Of a stretch of DNA of 64,000 nt, positions 51,714-61,855 are shown piece by piece. Position 1 is the first letter of the stretch, and each line of letters starts with the position of its first letter. Source of the DNA: Planctomycetota bacterium (GTDB taxonomy: Bacteria > Planctomycetota > B15-G4); contig CBDFJQ010000002.1 in assembly GCA_965248575.1 (NCBI GenBank), forward strand, positions 1,760,001 through 1,824,000, in the 5' to 3' direction. Both the position numbers and the translations under genes were made by a program. The notes under the pieces are model-generated. The model had not been told where the DNA came from and searched no databases. It saw nothing but the letters and a program-made list of their open reading frames with translations.

Positions 51714-53020
51714 GAGGGAGGCTCCTGTTCCTGTCGGTCCGAAGAGGGCGCAGAGCGGTGGAGCTTAGCGGGCAAACCGACCCAGACTTCGCCTGCCCCG
51801 ATCTTCTTGTTGGCGGGAACGATGGCACCCGCACCGGTGAGAGCATCGTCACCCACGTCGGCTGGCGCCACCAGAACCGTGCCACTTCCGATGAACACCC
51901 GCTCACCGATCCGCGTCTGGTGCTTGTGGGTCCCGTCGTAGTTCGCGGTGATGGTACCCGCCCCGATGTTGGTGTTGGCCCCGACCTCGGCATTCCCGAG
52001 GTAGGTGAGGTGGCCCGCCTTGACGCCGGGCCCGAGGGTCGACTGCTTGGTCTCGGTGAAATTGCCCACCTTGGAGCCCGCCTGGAGCACGGAACCGTCC
52101 CGCAGGTGGGCAAAGGGGCCGACATCGCAGCCCTGGGCGATGGAGACCCGGCCTTCGATCATGGTGCAGGGCAAGATGCGCGCACCGGCCTCGATCTGCA
52201 CATCCGCATCGATGAAGGTGGTCTCGGGGTCCACGATCTCGACCCCCGCCTTCATGTGGCCCGCCAGGATCCGATGCTGCAGGATGGTCCGGACTTCTGC
52301 CAATTGGGACTGGTCGTTGAAGCCCAGAACGTCTTCGGGCCAACCCCAGCACAGCGCAGTCACCGACTCTCCGGCGGCCACGGCCATGGACACGAGGTCC
52401 GTCAGGTAGACCTCTCTGGCCTTGTTGTCGCTGCCGATCCGAGCCAGAGCCTTCCAGACGTCGGGCAACTCGAGCACCCAGATCCCCGCGTTCACCTCGC
52501 AGACGGCCTGTTGATCGGGGTCGGCATCCTTCTCTTCGACGATGGCGGTCACGCGCCCGAGCTCATCACGCAGCACCCGGCCGTAGCCGGTGGGGTCGTC
52601 CAGCTCCATGGAGAGGAAGCTCACAGGGCCAGGATGCGCCCGGTGGGCGGCCACCAGCTGTTCCAGGAGCTCGGCTGTCACCAACGGGCAGTCCCCATTA
52701 ATGACCAGAAGCTCCCCGGACGAAGGGGCGCCACCCTCTGGCTCAAACGCTGGCTGGGCAGCGCTGACGGCGTGCCCGGTGCCAAGCGGCTGCTCTTGGA
52801 GGGCGAACTCGACGCTGCGGCCCTCAAGGCCCGTCTTGAGGGCGGCGAGGTGCTGCCCACCCACCACAACGACCTTCTCAGGCCCCAGGCACAAGGCCGC
52901 ATCCACCGGCCAGGCCACCGCAGGACGGCCCCAGAGCGGCATCAAAACCTTGGTTTGGCGCCCTTTGAGGCGTGTGCCTTCCCCGGCGGCAAGAACGACC
53001 ACGTGGAGGGATGGAGCCAT
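51710..53020 (-). CDS. glmU: Bifunctional UDP-GlcNAc pyrophosphorylase / GlcN-1-P acetyltransferase (short form)
   Basis: LAAGEGTR..K, QPLGTGHA, GDCPL, PTGYGR, IVEEKDA, EVNAG, YLTD, GPFAHLR, GNFTETK, HLTYLG, NIGAGTITANYDG. Confidence 0.95.
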   Translation of the reverse strand: MAPSLHVVVLAAGEGTRLKGRQTKVLMPLWGRPAVAWPVDAALCLGPEKVVVVGGQHLAALKTGLEGRSVEFALQEQPLGTGHAVSAAQPAFEPEGGAPSSGELLVINGDCPLVTAELLEQLVAAHRAHPGPVSFLSMELDDPTGYGRVLRDELGRVTAIVEEKDADPDQQAVCEVNAGIWVLELPDVWKALARIGSDNKAREVYLTDLVSMAVAAGESVTALCWGWPEDVLGFNDQSQLAEVRTILQHRILAGHMKAGVEIVDPETTFIDADVQIEAGARILPCTMIEGRVSIAQGCDVGPFAHLRDGSVLQAGSKVGNFTETKQSTLGPGVKAGHLTYLGNAEVGANTNIGAGTITANYDGTHKHQTRIGERVFIGSGTVLVAPADVGDDALTGAGAIVPANKKIGAGEVWVGLPAKLHRSAPSSDRQEQEPPS

Positions 53021-53183
53021 GTCGGCTGGCCAGGGGTTTTCAAGAAATTTGGCGGGGAATCGTGTCAGGATTCGCCCCGCCGGTCAAGGCCGGCCAGCTT
53101 GGCCTCCTCAGAGAGGGTTCTGAGCAGGATTCCGAGAGTTCGGAAAAGATTCGGATCAACTTCAAACACATCGACCAGCGCCG

Positions 53184-53212
53184 TTGACAGTATTCCGGAC
53201 TGGCAGTAATCT
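53184..53212 (+). promoter_or_regulatory. Near-consensus sigma70 promoter
   Basis: TTGACA (53184-53189), 17-nt spacer, TAATCT (53207-53212). Confidence 0.75.
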
Positions 53213-53554
53213 TCCCCCCGTCGGTGGTTCCCCGAAGCCAACGGTCCCCCGACTCCCTGTTTGAAGCTTGATCGCCACAGAAGCGACACCACGACGAAGC
53301 CATCCGGATCATCCTTGCTCGATACCAGTTTCCAAACAGGACTCGGCATCCGATCTGCACATGTGGCTTCACCTGTTCCTTCTTTCGGTCAGGTGACCGC
53401 ACTGAGTACCCCCTGCCTTAGCGCGCATGACGAGTTCATCGCACTTCGGTCAGGAACGTTCCTGAACATCTGAAGTACGCGTTGTCCTCTGCACCACCCC
53501 TGTTGTTGTTCCATCTGTGATTGTTTGTTCTCCCCTCCCACGAGGTATCTCGTA

Positions 53555-55096
53555 ATGACGTTTGCTAAGCACTTTGTGCGTGGCTTGGCGGTTGGTGCCA
53601 TGGCTGTTGGTCTTTCGACCGCCGCCCCGGCACAGAACGCCACCAACTGGCACACCCTTTCTAACGGCCTCGATGCCGTGTACCTCGGTATCGGCGGCGG
53701 CTCCGGCCAAGCTGGTGGTATTGACGGCATCGGTTCCTGGGTCGACGGTAACGACCTGCGTGGTAACCACGTGACCGGTCTCGGTACCTTCGGTTACCGG
53801 CAGGTGTCGTTCTTCACCTCCGAATGTGTGCTCGGTGCGCCTCCCGCACTCGGCCTGAACTTCCCCGCCATCGTCTTCATTGAGTACGACGGCCGGAACA
53901 ACAACCTCCAGGACATCTTCACTCGTCCGACCTGTGTTGGTGGTATTCCCACGGGTACGACCACGGGCGGCGTTTTGCCCTACGGCCTTACCCCCGGTGC
54001 ATCGTCCAACTTCCTGCTCACCGGTCTTCCTTCCGGCGCAGGTCTGCCCAGCACCACGACCATCTTGATCCCCAACAACGGTCTTCAGGGCACCAACGGT
54101 AGTGGTGCTGGTGGTACTGCTACGATTCTCGCCGCTGCTGGTGCCAACCTGGGCATCTCTTCGACGGGATTCTGCTGGAACGTTGAGTTCACCTGGCTTC
54201 CCACGGCCGTCCAGAGCATGGACCACATCGATGGTTGGTGGCACTGGCAGACGAACTCGGTCAACAACAACCAGTACTGGGCCATGTCCAACGACGAGAT
54301 GAACTCCTACAGCTCCAACACCATCGGTCTTGGCGGCGGTGGTTCGGCTCTGCAGATTTTCTTCGGATCCACGGAGTACGAGTGGCATAGCACCAGCCGC
54401 GACCCGACTCTGAACACCGCGCTCAACCCCGCTGGCTTCAACGGTAGCGGCCCGTTCTACTCGGGCGTCACCGCAGCTCCCTTCAACCCGAACGGTGGTT
54501 GGGATGTGGGTCGTCACACGGGTGTGTCCCTCTCCGGTACGGGTGGTGTGACCAACCCGATCACTGGCCTGGGCACGCAGGATCCGACCGGCTCCCCCAT
54601 GGGTGGCATTACCACCTACGGTTACATGAGCTGGGACAACGAGCCCTTCGCTCCTGGTCTGCGCACCGTGTGGCACCAGGTTGACTGGTTCGGGATCTTC
54701 GGCGCCAACATGGACGCCTTCGCTGGCATCTCTGATGCCCTCGTTGGTCCTCCTGGCACGCGTCTGCCGGTCAGCGTCACCAGCCTGATCAACCCCGGTC
54801 CGGGCTGGCCGCAGGCCGTCACCACCGGTCAGTGGGCTCTGATGTTCCACACCGCCACTGCCGGACACATCGAGACCGATCCGCTCGGTTTCCCGGCGGG
54901 TTCCTTCGGCGTCCTCGGTAAGTGGGAAACCACGAACCACTTGCCGATCGGCGGCATCAGCCCGGTTTGTGCCCTCGGTATCCCCGTCGTGATCGACGGT
55001 GGTTCCACGGGTGTCAAGGGTGACGTTTCGGACTTCGAGTTCGAGCCGACCGTTGCCCGCATGTCCGTGTCCATGTCCCGTACCGTCATCGACTGA
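53555..55096 (+). CDS. Secreted Gly/Thr/Asn-rich hypothetical protein, candidate major surface/S-layer-type protein
   Basis: GAGGT SD; signal peptide MTFAKHFVRGLAVGAMAVGLSTAAPA; distinct codon usage (many GGT/GCT/ACT/TCT); strong promoter and terminator; double stop TGATGA. Confidence 0.8.
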   Translation: MTFAKHFVRGLAVGAMAVGLSTAAPAQNATNWHTLSNGLDAVYLGIGGGSGQAGGIDGIGSWVDGNDLRGNHVTGLGTFGYRQVSFFTSECVLGAPPALGLNFPAIVFIEYDGRNNNLQDIFTRPTCVGGIPTGTTTGGVLPYGLTPGASSNFLLTGLPSGAGLPSTTTILIPNNGLQGTNGSGAGGTATILAAAGANLGISSTGFCWNVEFTWLPTAVQSMDHIDGWWHWQTNSVNNNQYWAMSNDEMNSYSSNTIGLGGGGSALQIFFGSTEYEWHSTSRDPTLNTALNPAGFNGSGPFYSGVTAAPFNPNGGWDVGRHTGVSLSGTGGVTNPITGLGTQDPTGSPMGGITTYGYMSWDNEPFAPGLRTVWHQVDWFGIFGANMDAFAGISDALVGPPGTRLPVSVTSLINPGPGWPQAVTTGQWALMFHTATAGHIETDPLGFPAGSFGVLGKWETTNHLPIGGISPVCALGIPVVIDGGSTGVKGDVSDFEFEPTVARMSVSMSRTVID

Positions 55097-55153
55097 TGAC
55101 GTGACGGATCGGACCTAGACCTTGGTCTGAGTTCGAATGGACAAGGAATACGA

Positions 55154-55196
55154 GAGGCCCCCTCGGTCGCAAGACCGGGGGGGCTTCTTCCTTTTC
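55154..55196 (+). terminator. Rho-independent terminator
   Basis: GAGGCCCCCTCGGTC-GCAA-GACCGGGGGGGCTTC (15-bp stem including G-U pairs, GNRA loop), followed by TTCCTTTTC. Confidence 0.85.
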
Positions 55197-55208
55197 AGGC
55201 CGCCTTGC

Positions 55209-56159
55209 TCAGGCTGGCCGCCCCGCCATGTTCAGCAGGGCTTGGATGTCTGCCATCCCAGCCAAGGCCGCCTGATAGCCCGCGTCCATGACCTCCAGCG
55301 GGTCACCCGGGTCGAGCCAGCTGCGGCCCTCCATGTCGGGCTTGAGCAACACGTCGGCGTAGTCGCCCTGCACCCGGTTGGCGATGCGGGTGCTCACATC
55401 CTGGGCGCGCAAGAGCAGGGTCATGCCCACCTCGCCGCGCGGGAGATCGGGCAGGGCCGAAGAGAGGTCCACGGCCACGATGCGCATGGCACCCAGGCTG
55501 CGGGCCAGGCGCGTGGGCAGGTTGTCCACGATGCCAGCGTCCACCAGGATCTTGCCCTCGCGCTCGACGGGGGGAAAGAAGCCGGGCACCGAGCTGGAGG
55601 CACACACCGCTGAAGCCAGCGGCCCCTCGGTGATCAACACCTCCTCGCCCTTGTCGATGTCCAGAGCGGCGATGGCGAACGGCATGCCCAGCTCTTCGAC
55701 CCGGATGTCAGGCACGAGCCCGCGCACCACATAGCGCAGGGCGGCCCCGCCGAAGGCACTACTGCGGCGGAACATGCGCTCCAAGGCCACCTGGCGCTTG
55801 ATGCCCGTGAGCAGGCGCGACATGAACGACCCCACTCCGTTGCCCTTGGCCTTGCCCTTCGACTTGGCGGTGAAGCCTACGAAGCCCTTGCGCTGGAACT
55901 CCTCGGAGTTGAGGAAGCCCAGGACATGGTCGCGTACGGCCTCGGCGCTCATGAGGTGGGCGTAGGCCGCCCCCATCAGGGCGCCGGCACTGGTCCCGAC
56001 GATGCTGCGCACGGGCACGCCGTGCTCTTCGAGGGCCAAGAGGACGCCCACGTGAGCCATGCCCTTGAAGCCCCCACCGCCCAGCACCAAGGTGATGCCG
56101 TGGCGCTCGGCCCGGGACGTCGGCGTGTCGAGGGACTTTGGTGGGGCGAGGTTGGACAT
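55209..56159 (-). CDS. Patatin-like phospholipase
   Basis: LVLGGGGFKGMAHVGV, GTSAG, ASSSVPG.F.PV, LVDAG. Confidence 0.92.
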   Translation of the reverse strand: MSNLAPPKSLDTPTSRAERHGITLVLGGGGFKGMAHVGVLLALEEHGVPVRSIVGTSAGALMGAAYAHLMSAEAVRDHVLGFLNSEEFQRKGFVGFTAKSKGKAKGNGVGSFMSRLLTGIKRQVALERMFRRSSAFGGAALRYVVRGLVPDIRVEELGMPFAIAALDIDKGEEVLITEGPLASAVCASSSVPGFFPPVEREGKILVDAGIVDNLPTRLARSLGAMRIVAVDLSSALPDLPRGEVGMTLLLRAQDVSTRIANRVQGDYADVLLKPDMEGRSWLDPGDPLEVMDAGYQAALAGMADIQALLNMAGRPA

Positions 56160-56279
56160 ATCGGCCCCCTTTCATCGTCAGGGAGGGTCCCACAGCTTGC
56201 GACCATCCTGCGCAACACGAGCTTCGCCCTCCAGCACGGTATCCTCGGCCGCGATCCGCTCCGGAACCTGAACGCGCGC

Positions 56280-58238
56280 ATGAACTCCAGCCCTGCTGCT
56301 CCTCCTGCCGCACCGAACGCCTCGGCGGCCACCGGCAACCCCTGGCCACGGGTCTGGCTGGTGGGCCTCGGCCTGGGGCTCGGGGCCAGCGTGGGCCGGG
56401 CCGTTCTGTTCGCTCTCGTGGACGGCTACTGGCAGCGCCCAGAACTCACGGATCTCGCCAGCCGATCCCTGCTCCAGGATCTGCTGCGGGGCGCGCTGTG
56501 GGCGCTGCCTGTGACCGCCCTTGCCGCGGTCCTCTTGCAGCGGGGCCGGCCACTGTCGACGCTGCTGCGGGGGCTTGCTGCCCTGCTCCTGCTCGTGGCC
56601 GGGGGCCTGTTTCTCACGGGCCGTTGGCCGGCGTCGCCCTTCCATGTCCCCGGCACGGACAGCCTCAGGGCCCAACTCGCCCAAGCTGCCGCGTGGGGGG
56701 GCGCCTTGGTCCTGGCCCTGCTTCTGGTCTGGCGACCTGCGGCTCGCTGCTCCTCGCGCCCAAGCCGCTCGATGCTCGTGTGTGCCTCGGCGGCCCTCGC
56801 CCTGTTCGCCTGGCTGGCTGCACTCGCCTGGTCGGGCTGGACGCTGCTCCAACATCCAGCGCCCTCGACTACCGAGACATCTCCCCCCCATCTGGTGCTG
56901 CTGTCCCTGGACACGCTGCGACACGATCGACTCAACGCCCCCCTCTCTCCCACCCTCGCTGCGCTGGGACAGGAATCCGTGCGCTTCGAGCGGGCCTACT
57001 CGCCACAGCCCTTCACGCTCACGGCACACATGACGATGTTGACGGGGCTCTCCCCTTCGGTCCACTCCCTCGCCCCAGAGCAGGCGCTTCCCGCCCGGGT
57101 CGTGACCCTCGCGCAGAGCCTGCGCGAACAGGGCTGGATCACCGCTGCCTTCGTCGACACCGTGACCTGGCTACACCCCCGTTACGGCTTCGACCGCGGC
57201 TTCTCCATCTACCGTCAGATCGAAGGCGACCTGCGCAGCAAGCAAGAGCAGATCCGCTTGTTGCTCGACGACCTGGGTTCCGTCGGCAGCCGCCCCGTCT
57301 TCCTGTTCGTCCACCTCTACGACGCCCACAGCGATGAGTCCGTCCTGCCCTATGAGGCGGCGCCGGACTTCATGGCTGAACATGCGGGTTGGTACGACGG
57401 CGACTTCACGGGCTGCGTGGACGGACAGGGTTGCGCCTCCGAACTCCTGCTCGACCTCAACAAGCGCGGTCAGACCTTGGAGGGTGACGATCGTCGCTAC
57501 CTGGCGTCGCTCTATGACGCGGGGGTCGCCACCCTCGATCACCGGCTGAAGACCCTCTTCGCGCAACTGCGAGAGGACGACTTCCTCGACCACTCCGTGC
57601 TGATGGTCACGGCAGACCACGGGGAGGAGTTCTTCGAGCATGGCCGGGCGCTGCATGACCAGAACTACGAGGAGAGCGTGCGCGTGCCCCTGATGGTCCG
57701 CATGCCCGGCGCCGCGGCGCGTGGGATCCGGTCTGAGCTCGTGGGGCTCGCGGACCTGGCGCCGACCCTGCGCGAGCTGGCCGGGCTCCCGCCGCAACCT
57801 TCGACGGGCCAGTCCTTCGCTGCCCTGCTCAGCACTCGAGACGCTGCAGCGGCGCGCGCGGAGCGCGGTGCGGTCTGGCTCGACGCAGGGCGCGGGAGCC
57901 TCGGCATCGTGACCCAGCGCTGGAAGCTCTTCCCCACCCGTGCAAGCTACGAGTTCTACGACCTGGCGAACGACCCCGAAGAGCAGCACGACCTCTTCGA
58001 GCAGGCCCAGCGCACCCTTGCCCCCGAGAGCACCAGCAGCGAGGCGCTAGAAGCGCCCGAAGCACTGCTCGCACTGCAGGCGCTGATCGATGCCGCTCGC
58101 CTGCGAGTGGCTGAGCACAGGCTCGCACTCGGACTTCCGGCGGATCCGGCAGCCAGCGCGGACACGACGATCGAGAGCCCTCTGTCAGAGGAGGCACTGC
58201 GCCAACTGGAGTCCCTCGGTTACACAGGGGGACGATGA
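56280..58238 (+). CDS. Multi-pass membrane protein with C-terminal sulfatase-fold domain (Thr nucleophile; LtaS/EptA-like architecture)
   Basis: About 5 TM helices, then LSLDTLRHDRL, PFTLTAHMTMLTG, FVHLYDAH, TADHGEEF.EHG, VPL, LRQLESLGY tail. Confidence 0.82.
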   Translation: MNSSPAAPPAAPNASAATGNPWPRVWLVGLGLGLGASVGRAVLFALVDGYWQRPELTDLASRSLLQDLLRGALWALPVTALAAVLLQRGRPLSTLLRGLAALLLLVAGGLFLTGRWPASPFHVPGTDSLRAQLAQAAAWGGALVLALLLVWRPAARCSSRPSRSMLVCASAALALFAWLAALAWSGWTLLQHPAPSTTETSPPHLVLLSLDTLRHDRLNAPLSPTLAALGQESVRFERAYSPQPFTLTAHMTMLTGLSPSVHSLAPEQALPARVVTLAQSLREQGWITAAFVDTVTWLHPRYGFDRGFSIYRQIEGDLRSKQEQIRLLLDDLGSVGSRPVFLFVHLYDAHSDESVLPYEAAPDFMAEHAGWYDGDFTGCVDGQGCASELLLDLNKRGQTLEGDDRRYLASLYDAGVATLDHRLKTLFAQLREDDFLDHSVLMVTADHGEEFFEHGRALHDQNYEESVRVPLMVRMPGAAARGIRSELVGLADLAPTLRELAGLPPQPSTGQSFAALLSTRDAAAARAERGAVWLDAGRGSLGIVTQRWKLFPTRASYEFYDLANDPEEQHDLFEQAQRTLAPESTSSEALEAPEALLALQALIDAARLRVAEHRLALGLPADPAASADTTIESPLSEEALRQLESLGYTGGR

Positions 58239-59200
58239 GCACCCCTTCGCAACCCACGCGCTTGGCACTCAGCCTGGCCGGCGTCGTCATCTTCGCGCTG
58301 CTCGTCGGCCTCGGCCGGGAACTCTACGCCCGCACCTTCCTCGCGCGCATGATCCACCAAGCCATCAGCGTGACGCCCGATGTGCCGCTCACCCACAAGG
58401 ACCCAGTCTATGGGGAGCGCCCCGTGGCAGGGCACTTCGAGGTGCAGCTGGATGTGCCCGAGAGCAGCGCCCCCTACCGCTTCAGCATGGACATCGATGC
58501 CGACGGCTATCGCGAGACGAGCCCGGAGCCGGAGGAGTACGCAGGGCTGCCGGAGGTCTGGATCTTCGGCTGCTCGTTCACCTGGGGTTACCCACTGAAC
58601 AATCGGGACACCTACCCGTGGCTCGTGCAACAACAGCTGCCCACCCATCGCGTGCGCAACTACGGGGTGCACGGCGTCGGCAACCTGCGGGCCCTGCGCC
58701 AGATGCGCGAGTTGCTGGAGGAACGCAGCGTCACGCCGCCGCCCGTGGCGGTGTTCGGCTATGCCTCCTTCCACAAGGCGCGCAACATCAAGGGTGCGTC
58801 GCAGTCCGTGGGGGCCGAAGGCAGCTTGAGCAGCCACGTCCTCGACTACCGGGAGCTGCTGACGCCCGAGCAGTTGGCCAGCGTGCAGCTCCCACCGAAG
58901 CTGGCAGCATCTCCAGACCCCGAACAAGAGCGCGTGACCTTCGCCATCTTCCGTGAGCTCGCCGCCCTCTGCCGGGCACACGGCATCCGCCCGGTCCTGG
59001 CCGTCCAGCACACCGGCGGCTTCGACCCCCTGTTGCCCTTCGCCGAAAGCCTGGGCTTTCGCATCGCGTCCATGGAGGTGGACTTCCGGCGAGCGATCTA
59101 CAACCTGATGCCCTTCGACAACCATCCGAACGCCGAAGCCAATCAGGTCTACGCACAGAAGTTGCTGCCCGTCGTGCGCAGCGAACTCGCACGGGATTGA
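58235..59200 (+). CDS. Membrane-anchored SGNH hydrolase-like protein
   Basis: N-terminal TM; FGCSFTWG; NYGVHGVG; DNHPN. ATGA overlap with the upstream gene. Confidence 0.75.
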   Translation: MSTPSQPTRLALSLAGVVIFALLVGLGRELYARTFLARMIHQAISVTPDVPLTHKDPVYGERPVAGHFEVQLDVPESSAPYRFSMDIDADGYRETSPEPEEYAGLPEVWIFGCSFTWGYPLNNRDTYPWLVQQQLPTHRVRNYGVHGVGNLRALRQMRELLEERSVTPPPVAVFGYASFHKARNIKGASQSVGAEGSLSSHVLDYRELLTPEQLASVQLPPKLAASPDPEQERVTFAIFRELAALCRAHGIRPVLAVQHTGGFDPLLPFAESLGFRIASMEVDFRRAIYNLMPFDNHPNAEANQVYAQKLLPVVRSELARD

Positions 59201-59207
59201 GTCGCGC

Positions 59208-60848
59208 TCAGTCCAGGTCGCGCGCTGCCTGCAGCCGACGGAGCCCGGGCCAGGCCGTGGCTAGATCCAGCCGCGGCTCGCGGCAGACGTACACCGGCAG
59301 ATCCAGCTCCTGGGGATCGGCAAGCGCTGGTTGGTGTACAGCCACGCGACGCACGTCGGCGAAAAGGGCACGCAGACGATGCAGCGGCCAGGCGATGGAG
59401 ACAGCCACGCGCCCGAGGCCCGGGCCGGGCGGACGTTCAAAGAGAGCGTTGTGGGCGCTGTAGACCGGGGGCACGGCGCGCCCCGGGCTCAAGAGCCTCT
59501 CGAGCTGCAGCGCCCCGGCCTGCCCCCCTGAGAGAGCCAGCAGCACCGCGCCTGCCCGCTCCTCATCCGACAATCCATCCACCACGGCCAAGACTGTGGA
59601 CGACATCTCGGGCCATGCCATGCGCGACAACATGTTGCGGGTCAGCAGATCCCTCAGTTCGAGCACGTCCACCTGCTCGGCCCAGGCTTGGGTGCGTGCG
59701 GGGTTCATCAGCGGCAAGGCGAGGGGCGCCGTCCAGGCGCCACCCAGGGCGAGCAGCAGCAGCGCGCTCGCCCGCAGGGAAGGAGCTCGCAACAGACGCT
59801 CCAGGCCCACTGCGCCAAGGGCCAAGAGCAGCGGCAACACGGGCAGCAGACGATCGGGCCGCCCCGAGGAACTCACCAGGAGAACCGCCAGCGGCACCAG
59901 CACGAGGCCCAGCAGGGGGCGCCAACCCGATGCGGCCCGCCCGAAGAGCAGCAGGCCCAGCCCGGTGACCCACAGGGGAAGGCTCAGAGGTTGCGCGAGC
60001 AGGGCGAAGCGCGCCACGAACTCCGGCACGCTGAGCAAGCCGCGACTCAGGACGTGCTCTGCCCAGATGTAGTCCCACACGGGCCAGGCGGCGAGCGCCT
60101 GCCAAATCAGGAAGGGCGCCACCAGCAGTCCGGCCAGCGAGGCTCCCAGAGGCAGCCCGGCCTGGAGACCAGCCGGCCGCCGAGTGCTGCCACTCTTGCT
60201 GAGGAACAGCACGAGGAGCCCCGCCACGAGCCCCGCCGCGAACGTCCAGCCCGTGAGCTTGGACTGCAGGAGCAGACCCAGGGCAAGGCCCGGCAGCAGC
60301 CAGGACGTCGATTGGGTTGCTTGCTGGGATGCGGACTGGGCCGTGGCGGAAGCCTCAGGTCGACCCAAGCGCCCGAGCACCGAGGAAGCCAGCGCCGTCA
60401 CCGCCAGCAGCTCGAGGCTCGCAGCGGTCAGGGCGCTGTGCTGCACAAGCAACCCGGGTGCGCACAGGCAAGCCAGGGCGGCCAGCAGCGCAGACCAGCG
60501 ACCACCCCCGGCTTGGCGCGCCATGTGCCCGGCCAGGTAGACCGTCCAGCCCGCCGCAGCGGCGGGAAGCATGCGGTGCATGAGCAGCATCGCCAGCGGC
60601 ACCTCGCCCGCCTCGCCCGCGCTGACACCCAGCATCTGCGCCAGCTCGCTGACGCAACGGGACATGAGCGGTGCCAGCTGGGGGCCATCGAGCGCCCCCC
60701 ACGACAGGCTCTGCCCGCACGCAAAGGTGTAGAGCTCCTGGGCATGGAAGCCCATGCCGTCGGTGAAGGCCGCAACCAACTGCAAGGCCACGGCCATCAG
60801 TGCGCAGGCCACGACCCATGGCCCGGCATGGTTCGCGCGTGGACTCAC
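59208..60848 (-). CDS. GT-C fold glycosyltransferase (GT39/GT83, ArnT/PMT-like), divergent
   Basis: Many TM helices; GFHAQELY...G.SLSWG..D.P.L.P resembles the HRDELY...WG..DQPP family motif; LLVAPFLIWQ...WP; VYSAHN; VYVCR. GTG start overlaps the nadE stop. Confidence 0.7.
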   Translation of the reverse strand: MSPRANHAGPWVVACALMAVALQLVAAFTDGMGFHAQELYTFACGQSLSWGALDGPQLAPLMSRCVSELAQMLGVSAGEAGEVPLAMLLMHRMLPAAAAGWTVYLAGHMARQAGGGRWSALLAALACLCAPGLLVQHSALTAASLELLAVTALASSVLGRLGRPEASATAQSASQQATQSTSWLLPGLALGLLLQSKLTGWTFAAGLVAGLLVLFLSKSGSTRRPAGLQAGLPLGASLAGLLVAPFLIWQALAAWPVWDYIWAEHVLSRGLLSVPEFVARFALLAQPLSLPLWVTGLGLLLFGRAASGWRPLLGLVLVPLAVLLVSSSGRPDRLLPVLPLLLALGAVGLERLLRAPSLRASALLLLALGGAWTAPLALPLMNPARTQAWAEQVDVLELRDLLTRNMLSRMAWPEMSSTVLAVVDGLSDEERAGAVLLALSGGQAGALQLERLLSPGRAVPPVYSAHNALFERPPGPGLGRVAVSIAWPLHRLRALFADVRRVAVHQPALADPQELDLPVYVCREPRLDLATAWPGLRRLQAARDLD

Positions 60849-61855
60849 CGCCCCTCGATCAGCTCGTCGGAAAAGCGGTCTTCCAGCAGGCGCTGCTCGA
60901 TCAACTCGGCACGACTCCCGAGCGTCGGGCACGCGGGGTTGTGCTTGTGCCGCGTCTGCCGCTCAATGGAACGCGCCGAGTCGAGCATGGCGCGCACGGT
61001 GTCCTGCGAATCGAGGTGCCGGAACAGGCCGCTGTACGCGACACCTGTCAGCGTCTTCCAGTCGGGGTCTCCGGGGCCGAACAACTCACGGTACTGGTCG
61101 AGGAAACGCGACATGCGCTCGATGTTGCCCAGGTAGCTGTAATCCCCCGTGTCCGGGTCGACCCGACTGTAGGTCCAGTGCACACCGTAGAGTTCCCGCA
61201 GTTCGTCTTCGTCGTTGTGCGCTTCGCCGATGCCGTGCAGGTCCGGGGACGGAAGCGCCGCGCGGGTTGGTCGCGGCACTTCCAAGGCGCGGGCCAGCTG
61301 GAACACCTCGCCCTTGCTCAACATGGCGATGGGGTTGGTGTCCACCTCTCCATCGCCGCCCTTCTGGTAGAAGCGCAGGAAGCGGTCTTCGCATTCGTTA
61401 CCGGTGCCATGGCGCACCCCACCACCGGTCAGCCGGTTGAACCCGCGGCCGATGGGAGCCCGCAAGCAGGAGCGGATCGAACCCTTCACCGCTCGATCGG
61501 TCTCCATCCGTTTCTGAATGTTCTGCATGTCGTAGCCGGCCGCCTCCAGCGCCTCCAGCATGGACGCGTGCAGCACATCGAACACCTGCGTGGCGTCGAA
61601 GTCGATCAGCGGAACCCTGCACTGCAGCGCCGATTCCTTCGCCCGCTCACGGAACTCCTGGCCCGAGTGAATCCCGATGAACACCGCCGTCACCTGGTCC
61701 GCGCCCAGCGCCCGGACGAGCAGCGACAGCAGCACGGCGGAGTCCACGCCACCGGAGACGTCGATCTCCGCCCGCTCGATGCCGCAGCGACGGTGATAGA
61801 GGCGGATGGCTTCGACGCGATTCTCAACCAAGGCTGCGGTGTCGACGACTGGCAT
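60845..61855 (-). CDS. nadE: NH3-dependent NAD+ synthetase
   Basis: SGGVDS, GTGNECE, FYQKGGDG, PIAMLSKGEVFQLA, PSPDL, DEDEL; no glutaminase domain. The start could alternatively be TTG 61942/61948. Confidence 0.85.
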   Translation of the reverse strand: MPVVDTAALVENRVEAIRLYHRRCGIERAEIDVSGGVDSAVLLSLLVRALGADQVTAVFIGIHSGQEFRERAKESALQCRVPLIDFDATQVFDVLHASMLEALEAAGYDMQNIQKRMETDRAVKGSIRSCLRAPIGRGFNRLTGGGVRHGTGNECEDRFLRFYQKGGDGEVDTNPIAMLSKGEVFQLARALEVPRPTRAALPSPDLHGIGEAHNDEDELRELYGVHWTYSRVDPDTGDYSYLGNIERMSRFLDQYRELFGPGDPDWKTLTGVAYSGLFRHLDSQDTVRAMLDSARSIERQTRHKHNPACPTLGSRAELIEQRLLEDRFSDELIEGR

